Shown here: one piece after another, positions 53,527 to 64,000 of the stretch
Layout of the letters: each line of letters begins with the position of its first letter
How positions within the stretch are numbered: the first letter of the stretch is position 1
From: Octopus sinensis
Lineage: Eukaryota
Direction of reading: 5' to 3'
DNA: 64,000 bases
NCBI RefSeq assembly: GCF_006345805.1
Contig: NC_043003.1
Span: forward strand, 45,198,001 to 45,262,000
Position numbers and translations under genes: made by a program
The notes under the pieces: generated by a model
What the model was told of the DNA's origin: nothing
Databases searched by the model: none
The model's input: only the letters and a program-made list of their open reading frames with translations

Positions 53527-54146
53527 TGTATGTACGTGTGTTTGTGTGTGTGTGTGTGTGTGTAAGAGACAATACCGACAAGAACCTAAACCCTCCTAGG
53601 CCTATACTCGGTGGAATATCGTAGATGCAACAGTGAATAACAAGCGCTCTGCTGCCATTTAGTTTCAGTTGAGTAAATTCATGCTCTGTGCACCAAGTAT
53701 TTCAGGAATAGAACCCAGAAATTCATGATGATAAGCCCAACTCATTAACTATTTAGTCACGTGCTTTCATATTCAGACACACGCACACGCACACACACAC
53801 ACGCACACACACACGCACACACACGTACTCACTCAAACATACACACATGTGGATATATGTAAGCATGTGCAACTGCGTGTTTTATTTTAATGTATATTTA
53901 TATTAATTTATTTCAAATAGCTCTCCATATATCTCTGCATAGAAATATACACAGCTTTATCTCATTCTCTCGCTTTTTTTCTTTCTCACTATCTCTGTCT
54001 CTCTCTCTCTCTGTCATTGTATCTATCTACTTATCTAGATAGATAGATATATACATTCATACATGCATACATATATTCATATGTATGTATACACACACAC
54101 ACACACATACACACACACATATATATATATGTACATATATATATAT

Positions 54147-54517
54147 ACTAGCAGTATCGCCCGGCGTTGCTCGGGTTTGTAAGGGAAATAACTATAAAGC
54201 ATTTTTAGAGAGTTATAGCCAAAAAATGGAAAAAAAATGATGGTAAATTTTTTTTTTAGTTAAAAAGGTCGAGTTGCGTCCCCTAGACAGTCTGTGGTTT
54301 GTGTTTCTGATTCTCGACCCCATGTCGAATTTATCGATTTTTTTCAGAACTGGGGGAACTTTTCAAAATTTTCGCTGCGTTAGTTTTGAATTATGACATT
54401 GGGCTATGTGTGTGTCAAGTTCATCAGAATCGGTTGAAAGCCGTGGTCAGGGTGAGGGTACGAGAAAACAGACACACAGAACCACACACAGACAAACTGC
54501 CGTTTATATATAGAGAT
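54147..54517 (+). mobile_element. Helitron-like non-autonomous element (Lep1-like architecture)
   Basis: Starts ACTAGCAG with a subterminal hairpin CCCG...CGGG and ends (ACAG/AC)n...TTTATATATAGAGAT; no TIRs; sits in (TA)n. Confidence 0.55.
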
Positions 54518-54593
54518 ATATATATATATTTGTATATTTATGTACATACATATATATGTATATTTATATATCTACAAATATCTATATATGTAA

Positions 54594-54634
<41 letters not shown>

Positions 54635-54824
54635 TATATATATATATATAATATATAATACATACATATATATATATACGCATATATATATATATACATA
54701 TATATACAAGCACACGCAAACACACACAGAGTAAGGTACAGTTTCTCTACACACACATCCCCACGCACACACACATACACACACGAACACACACATACAT
54801 ACACACACACACACGTGCTATCAC

Positions 54825-55662
<838 letters not shown>

Positions 55663-56096
55663 AGTATATGCAGAGTAAAAATGAGTGTGAGACAATGTTT
55701 ATATCTAGTCAAATAAATCTTCCATTCTGTCACACGCAACATAAGCACAAATAAACACACAGGACACAATCATATACAAGTATGTATGCATGGAAGCGAG
55801 GGAGATTCTGCTTGAATTTGATGTATTTCTATGTCAGTATGTGCATATCTGTGAGTGAATACTTTTACATATTTATCTATCAGCTTCTGCGTGTGTGTGT
55901 ATGTGTGCATGTTTGAGTGTGTAAAATAGTATTCTTTCTAACGATTATACACATAGCTAAAGATTATATTTGCTTATATCCCTATACATTCCCTCTCTCT
56001 CCCTCCCTTTTCGTCTATCTCTTTCATTCTCTCTCACTTTCTCTGCTTCTCCCTGTCTCTTCCCTCACACGCGTACGCTTACATATGGACTTGCAG

Positions 56097-56169
<73 letters not shown>

Positions 56170-56189
56170 ATATATATGTACACACACAT

Positions 56190-56223
<34 letters not shown>

Positions 56224-56227
56224 ATAT

Positions 56228-56258
<31 letters not shown>

Positions 56259-56421
56259 CACACATTATATGCACACACATACATATATATGCAAAAAGAT
56301 ATATATATATATATACATACATATGTACACACACACGTATATATAGCTGCATATACATGCATATAGATACATATATACATATACACATACATATATATGA
56401 ACATACATCCATGAATATGCA

Positions 56422-56465
<44 letters not shown>

Positions 56466-58434
56466 TACAGAAATATATAAACACAAGTATATATATATAT
56501 ACATATATATGTATGTATGTATGTAGTGTGTGTATGTATGTATGCATGTATGTATGTATGTAAGTATTTTTATGTATATGTATCCGTTATGAATTTATTT
56601 ATATACAACGCTGTCTTTCGAGAGTAAACAGCACCCAACTGTAATAGACTGTAGTTAACTTTAATTTCATGCCTGTTGCAAATGAAGTGGAGCATTCCCA
56701 AATATATATTTAATGACAATAACACAGACTACCCAAACTTTAATCTCTCTTACAAAGGAAGTTGTCAAAAACAACAACAAAAACAACACCATCATCACAC
56801 CACCACGAACAGGAACAGCAGCTACAGCAACAGCAAATAACGTTCTTTTGTGATTTTGTTTTTATTACTGTTGCATTTATATGAATCTTTCTTACTGCCG
56901 GGATTTTCTTTTTTGTGTATGTGTGTGTGAAAGGAAGTTTTCCAAATGGTAGAACTTAAACTTAGAGAGAAATAATAGTTTTCTTTGCTATAACCAGAGC
57001 GTATTCACATTTTTTTTTTTAACCGACTGGGATAAAGTTGTGTGTTCTAATATATTACGGGTTCTAATTAAGAGTATAAAACAGAAAGAAAAAAATACAT
57101 TGAAAGCATTTATGTGATATATTTTTTTAAATGATTAACCTTGTTAATTTATTCGTCTGATTAAATGATACAAGTTTTGTGTCTTTTTTCTTTTTTTCTA
57201 TTTTTATTTTGTTGCATTCTCCTGTTTCAGTACTAATAGAGCAAACTTCTTCAGACAAGTTTTTACCTAGTTCAACGATATCTTACGTATAAAATATATC
57301 CTTTTCTGCGAAGATGGTAGCGTGATATTTGCGAGAGATCTCGCTGTCTCTTTTAAAAGCGCAATCAGCTGAATAGATGTACTCTCCTCATTTGAATATG
57401 TTCCGATAAATAAAGCTGGAAACGAAGACTCCATGGAAATGAAGACTTTATGGCAGTCTGAAATATCTTCGTTATTTGTTGTATGTATGTATGTATGTAT
57501 GTATGTATGTATGTATGTATGTATGTATGTATGTATGTATGTATGTATGTATGTATGAGTATCCATTATGAATTTATTTATATACAACATTCTCTTTCGA
57601 GAGTAAACAACTCCCAACTGTAACAAACTGTAGTAAGGTCACGATGATCTAGATATAAAGAGATTCGTAAGATTTTGAAGTTATACTTCATTCAATCAAC
57701 ATTACCGTTGTGGTTTAGAGAGAAAACATCGTATTCGATGCCAATATGCATTCATTTTTAGTATTCGGAATAAATAATTGAACATATTGTAATTTGTTGC
57801 TGAAGTTTCCCTCATAGATAGCTAAAAATAAAGACATGGCAATTAAAACATATCTTACTCATACTTGATGCCGAAATACTTAAGATAATATCTTACTCTG
57901 AGCTGCCAAATAATGCATGATGTAGAAAAGCTAATAGAAGAAAAAAACGAGATTAGGTAAGGAACATACAGTCAATAAGAGTCACTTCATATCCATTGGA
58001 CTGAGTACTGATGTAATTGGCTGCGGCTTAACGCAAGTCAGACGGTGTGAAACTGTAGAAATACACAGATTATTAGAAAAAATAAACGAAAGTGGTTTTG
58101 TTCTACCTGTCACACACAAATGAAAAATAATAAGAAAAAAACAGCACTATCAATAGGATGACCATTAAGTTTATTTGCCCAGCATATGCAAGGACACTTA
58201 TATCCGAAATAGCTTTGCACATGCATTTCACTTCTAGATGATAACATTAGGTTTGTATCATCAGCAGTTGATGGCTTAGAACAAAATAAAATCCGACTCT
58301 TTAAAATAGATAATCAAAAAAGCCGAAGATCGTATTTAGTCATAATACTATAAGTAGCGATCGTGACGAACACTTTACAATTTGGAAAATGTACACAATT
58401 TGTTTTAAGTCCAAAAGTTTAGACAGAGCGTAAG

Positions 58435-58812
58435 GTATTGGATTAGTGCTTAAAAAAATTCGCTTCAAAACCACGCAGATACAGGTTCAATCCCTCTACA
58501 TCGCACCAAGAGACTTCAACTATAGCCTATGGCAAACTAATGTATTGGTAACAATTTGGAAGACGGAAGCGTTATCGAAGCCTGTCGTACGTGTATGTGT
58601 GTTTGCATTTGTGTTTGCTTCACACAAATTAAAAGTAAAGATGTGTTTGTCAGTGTCCCTATAACAGCGGTTCCGCAAAAAGAAAACGATGGTGTAAGGA
58701 CTAGGCTTAAAATAAACACTTGGCGATTTGATCGACTCACGCCCTTCAAGACTTTGTCCCAGCATGACCACAGTCGAGCTAATAAAACAAGTAAAAGATT
58801 AAAAGAGTAAAA
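58435..58812 (+). mobile_element. SINE family A, old diverged copy
   Basis: GGTTCAATCCC, CTATAGCC, GACGGAAGC...GCCTGTCG, CCCAGCATGACCACAGTC and AAACAAGTAAAAGA in family order. Confidence 0.7.
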
Positions 58813-59633
58813 TAATACATAGAGCACAGCTACGGTTAGAACAGCAGAAAACTGATTCCTAGAAATACTACTTACATTCCATATATCTACTCAGCAGAAC
58901 CGATACGGGCTACTACATCACAAGAAAGTGGTAAGGATGAAAAGAAAACGTTCATCTCAGTAAGAATTTGAAATCAAATGTTTCAGCCACACAGCGAGAT
59001 GCCATGCTACATATAATTTCAGCCTATAATAAAAAAAAATGTTTCACCAAAATGAGAAATTCTAGATCAGCACAACATAAACTCAGTTCTATTTCTTTTG
59101 AATGTGTAATTGATCCATCTCAACGCAGCGTGTAGAAGCTACTTGTTTCATCAAGAACCAAAGAAAGAAAGGGTGTGGCAACTTCGGCGAAAACGAACTG
59201 AATTTGTTACCGTATTTTCAGTAAATTGCCCAAATCATTTATCCATTCTGGGTTCGATTCTGGCTTTATCAATCTAATTAAAATGTCCCATTCCTAACAA
59301 TTTATTTCCTTGTTTCTTGAAATATTGCGCAAGGGTTTCCAAGTCTCAGGTTTTAGTAATAGGTAAATATTTTCTTATTCCAATATTCATACAAAAATAG
59401 ATATAAGAGATTGTTCGATGACTTTGATTTGTAACAAATCACATCGCCAGAATTTTAGCCTATATATTATGACATTTACTGCCGTAAGTTAGGCTACAAT
59501 TATGTTTGGTCATACACATATATACGTATACAAATATATACACACAGACTCAAGTATACAGAAACAAAAACACATACACACACGCGCACGCATGCAGGAA
59601 CGAACGCACGCACACACACACGCACACAAAAGC

Positions 59634-59666
<33 letters not shown>

Positions 59667-59719
59667 AGATCCAAGAATACTATATATATCATGTGTATCT
59701 TTTTCCAGATTGGCGGCGA

Positions 59720-60330
59720 TGACCAGATGACGTCCCATATTTCACATCACTTCGACAAGGACTTTACAGAGTCTGTAAATCGTAGTCTTGGTTTCTGCTG
59801 AGAGTGATTTCCCAAACAATTTCGCCATATAACATCTGTATAAGAATCCTCCGATAATGCATCCGAAAAAGGTGTTCAGTCACATGTAAAAGGTTCATGT
59901 GCACCATTGCTTGTAACCTCAGGACACTGGAACTCCTCAAAGCGTTTGCATCTGGAGTCTGCAAGAAACCGCCAACATGCAGGATGTGTTTCAGACATTT
60001 CCGATTAAAACTTTCAAGCATACAACAGGTCCGTTGTTTCACTCGAATAAAGGAGAGACGTCAGTATAGACACATGGTACACAGCAACTTTTTTTCATTT
60101 TGTGTTACTATGTTGGAACCACATAAAAGACTCAAGATCTCTGAAGGAATCAGTTGCCTCATATAACCGTAAAGATAGTTTATCATCCAAAGAGCAAGTG
60201 TGCAGCCCAGGTAGACAAACTGGCTTATCACTTTCATTTGTTAGGCACAATTTAAGCAAGCTTCTCTAAAACACCCTACCAATGTATTAAATAGGAGAAG
60301 CTTGTTCAGCAATATCTGTGGATGTGTATG
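59720..60330 (-). mobile_element. RTE LINE C-terminal remnant
   Basis: QFVYLGCTL, VAVYHVSILTSLLYSSET, LESFNRKCLKHIL, EHLFRMHYRRILIQMLYGEI match RTE YLG / LLYGxETW / RW.GH..RM...K.LLYGE. Confidence 0.8.
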
Positions 60331-60470
60331 GCTATCAAGAATTTGGTTTATTATTCACCTATGGAACAAGTTTATAGATTAAATTTGTCGAAGGAAACAA
60401 TACTCTTAATGGTATGTAGATAGCCATCAGATATATCAAGTATTTTATATATACACATGAGAACTGGTAT

Positions 60471-60522
<52 letters not shown>

Positions 60523-60560
60523 ATATATATTATATATATATATATATAGATATATATATA

Positions 60561-60620
<60 letters not shown>

Positions 60621-61101
60621 CAAGCAGCACTCAAGTGAGTGGTGAATACTGAAATCATGTAAAGGAGCGTTTCCTTTCATGAGCGTATGTTTCACCAAAA
60701 ACGAAAATCAATCCAAAGGGCTTACTTTTATAGAGGAGTATAAACAAGTGAAGAATGCAATGGCTCGCATTAGATTTATACCATTGTTTACAATTCTTTC
60801 AACAACGCAATAGTAACAAATTAAATACCATATATTTAGATAGCTGGGAACAATGGTAGACGTGCCAGCGGGGATGGGGTGCATCAAACACGCAACTTTA
60901 CAATCGTGAGCCGTATACCCTCATCACTAGACCAAACTCCTTCACAACAAATGCATTAAAGCACAGGGTAGCTGGCATAAGCCAGCTATCGGAGGTCTAA
61001 TGTGCGAGGCTTACGAAATACCTCTAAGCTGCGTTAACAATTCCATTGATTCCATAGGGTAGTTAATAACTTCTTGCATCAAGGAAACAGAAAATCATAG
61101 T

Positions 61102-61335
61102 AGAAGGCGGCAAACTTGCAGAAACGTTAGCACGCCGGGCGAAATGCTTAGCGGTATTTCGTCTGCCGCCACCTTCAGAGTTCAAATTCCGCCGAGGTGG
61201 ATTTTTCCTTTCATCCTTTCGCGATTGATTAAATAAGTACCAGTTACGCACTGGGGTCGATATAATCGACTAAATCCGCTTGTCTCTCCTTGTTTGTCCC
61301 TATGTGTGTAGCCCCTTGTGATCAGTAAAGAAATA
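61102..61335 (+). mobile_element. SINE family B monomer with target-site duplication
   Basis: AGAAAATCATAGT (61089-61101) / AGAAAACCATAGT (61336-61348), one mismatch. Confidence 0.9.
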
Positions 61336-62647
61336 AGAAAACCATAGTCGCCAGGATAAAGAACTGGGTAGAAAAGCAGAGAGAGCTACATTACGTCTGC
61401 TGGAAACAAAGAGATCTTTCGTTGGATAATAAAGTGCTTTCGCAATAAGTTCGACGCTGCAGTGTAGAGAGATACGAGCAGCGACTGCAGTGGATGAGCA
61501 AAAGTGAAGAAGAAGCCCGCACAAAAGAAATCATATGTAGTACACAAGAGGCTTGTGTGCGAAGGCCGTTGGTATAGACATTACATTAGTCCAACTCCAA
61601 ACTGAAAAGAGTATAACTGTTAAATATCTCATATGCATGGGGTGAAGTGTTTGAAATATGGAAGTGAATATTTCGGAACTGTGTATTGAAATTGCATCAT
61701 CAGCCTATCCCTGCTTCAGAGTATTTAGCCAGTTGCAAACGTTGTTATCGTAAATATGAGAAATGTTTGGAATAGGAAGAAGAAAATGGAAGAAGAAAAT
61801 CTTTGAAATAATCAGAGTTAGTTGTGAGTGGAACTGTTAAGGAAAAGAAATTTTAATATGAGGGTGTTTGTATATTTATAAATGTAATAATATATATATA
61901 GGAAGTGCGAACTAACCTTACAGTATACGAATTAATTAATAATACTAAACAAAATAGTGTTTCTATCCTCAATGAATATGCTTATGTGTGCGAGTGTGTA
62001 TGTGAGGATAGAGAGACAGAGAGTGCACTAAACGAGTGTTTACTTCTCTTTGCACACAGCACACACACACACACATACACACACATATACACACATATAT
62101 ATAGGGGTGTGAGGATGTCTCGGAGTATGAGTGTGTACGGAAGGCGTCCCATGTAAAATTTATTCATACACTCTAGAGAATTAGTTCGTAGTTTACTTTT
62201 TCTTCCGAAACTTAACATGTCAAACAACAACATACGAAGGGTTGGGTAACCGTGAAGTGAAACCAACATACTGTCTTACCACAAAACATGATTACTATGG
62301 TTTATTTTGTCTTGTCCTCATTTTCTTTGTCACTCTCTCCCTCTCTCTTTCCTTTTCTCTCAGTCTCCCGCTCTAGATTTCACTCTCTCTCTCTCCCTGG
62401 CTCCACTCCCTTTCCTATGCGTGTGTGTCTCTTGTGGGTGCGAGGGGATATGTTTACATATGTGCGTCGATAACTATAGAGGCATGTATATGCATGCATG
62501 TGTTTATTATCATATTGACATGTTTGTGTATGTATATGCTTACGCATATATATATATTATATATATATATTATATATATATATATATATATAAGAGGTTT
62601 GAAAACGCCACTATATAAGATAAATTTTAAGTTTCTTAGAGGCTTTA

Positions 62648-62795
62648 CATGTGGTGGTGTTTTCTTGGCTGTAATCGTGAAAGTGACCGTTGGCCGTTAT
62701 TACGGCCAACGCTCACTTTCACGATTATAGCCAATGATTCTAGTCAACGCATAAGACAGCCGTTATGCTTCCCACCACAAAAGCACCACCACATG
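62648..62795. repeat. Nested inverted-repeat element (outer ~16-bp IR, inner 33-bp hairpin)
   Basis: CATGTGGTGGTG / CACCACCACATG outer arms; 62665-62734 inner hairpin with a TATT loop. Confidence 0.85.
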
Positions 62796-63093
62796 GACTC
62801 TCTTGAGACGAGTAAGAAACAATTATGAACTTTATATATATATATATATTCACCTCAGCTCTCTACTCCATCTCTCTTTACCTTCCTCTTCCTATATTTG
62901 TTTCCATGAAAGGCCACTAGACTCTCCTAACAGCCTGCAATACCCACTCGGAAATCGACGATCTTTTCTCGGGCTCTCGGGGTTCACTCATTGAAGAATC
63001 CATGCAAGTCTAAGGACAGATTCTAGTGACCCTCATTGGTTCAAACTATATTTATTGATAATATATACTTGTTTTTTGGGTTTTTTTCTTTAA

Positions 63094-63275
63094 GGCGGCG
63101 AGCAGATAGAATCGTTTGTACTCCGGACAAAATTCTTGGTGGAATTAGGTTCCGAGTTAAAGTTTCGTTCTTTCATGGTCGAGAAACTAAGTACCAGTTG
63201 AGTACTATAGTCGATGTAATTGACTTACCTATTCCTCAGAAAGTGTAGGCCTTGGGCCAAAATTTGAAATCAATT
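63094..63275 (+). mobile_element. SINE family B, diverged
   Basis: GGCGGCGAGC head, CTAAGTACCAGTTGAG and GTCGATGTAATTGAC core. Confidence 0.7.
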
Positions 63276-63381
63276 TGAAATCAATATCATGAGAGTGTGA
63301 ATTTCTTAGTGCGTATACATAATCACATAGATGAAGGCAATTGTGTGTGTGTAAGCAAAGGCAAGAGACATAAAAATGGTA

Positions 63382-63570
63382 TTGGGTTGTCCGGAAAGTT
63401 CATGCCGAGTTATAGTAGCTTACCTTTCGACTTATATTAGAACATGGTTGAGTCCATAAAATAGGATATGACTACACCTCCATTTAGAGCTTAGTTTAAG
63501 CTGCCTTTTCGTGGAAGAAGGTTTATGTTCCTTAACCTGTGTTAATTCTGTAACCCTTTAAAATGAAAGT
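63382..63570 (+). mobile_element. Mariner left end, same family as 43186-43740
   Basis: TA then TTGGGTTGTCCGGAAAG; colinear with 43186-43372 to just past the ATG, then replaced by microsatellite. Confidence 0.85.
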
Positions 63571-64000
63571 TATATATATATATGTATGTATGTGTGTATG
63601 TATGTATGTATGTATGTATGTATGTATGTATGTATGTATGTATGTATGTATGTATATATGTATGTATGTATTCCAAAACCAATTTATGATGCTACTTCTG
63701 TTGTTTTAAATGTTGTATACGAATATATTACGAAATAATGTGAAATAACGCGGGAAGAAAATCGAAAACACCTTTTTTTATACACACATATATCAATGAT
63801 TACAGTTTACTCTCACATATTATTTTAAGGCACATAACATTAAGTGTTGCAGTATAAGTACAGAGAATTTTGGAAATGAGCGGTAGTCGCCCAGCTTCAT
63901 TACTTCTTGTTCGTGAATTGAGAGCTGGCTTCTTCATACTATTGAGGACTGCTGGCAATTATGTTTGCTTATATTATTTCTAATTGTCTGTGACGAAAGT

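Noticed and set aside
59700-59760. Apparent splice acceptor TTTTTCCAG/ATTGGCGGCG
   Set aside because: The downstream sequence is the antisense end of an RTE LINE remnant; there is no independent exon evidence
60967-60990. Hairpin TAGCTGGC-ATAA-GCCAGCTA
   Set aside because: An 8-10-bp stem is expected by chance in 64 kb, and there is no supporting context

Overview
AT-rich, microsatellite-saturated eukaryotic DNA. The repeat families (tRNA-headed SINEs with internal microsatellites, Penelope, RTE, R4/Dong-like and Tc1/mariner remnants) suggest an octopod cephalopod intergenic or intronic region; the organism is an inference. No intact protein-coding gene is supported: nearly all listed ORFs are read-throughs of (TA)n/(CA)n/(TATC)n tracts or decayed transposon pieces. 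The window holds at least four SINE families in about 20 copies, LINE fragments (RTE x3, Jockey/CR1-like, R4/Dong-like x3), Penelope-like fragments including a GIY-YIG ORF, Tc1/mariner and hAT remnants, Helitron-like non-autonomous elements and a tRNA-Asp-like pseudogene. The most notable signal is a set of type I hammerhead ribozyme motifs: a fully paired one downstream of the Penelope GIY-YIG ORF (25000-25085, minus), three minimal ones in short non-coding repeats next to (TA)n tracts, and a decayed one inside a fold-back element. There are also several long palindromes, one small hairpin repeat with compensatory base changes, and SINE multimers, one of them bounded by a single target-site duplication. 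Coordinates were read by eye and may be off by a few bases at decayed ends.
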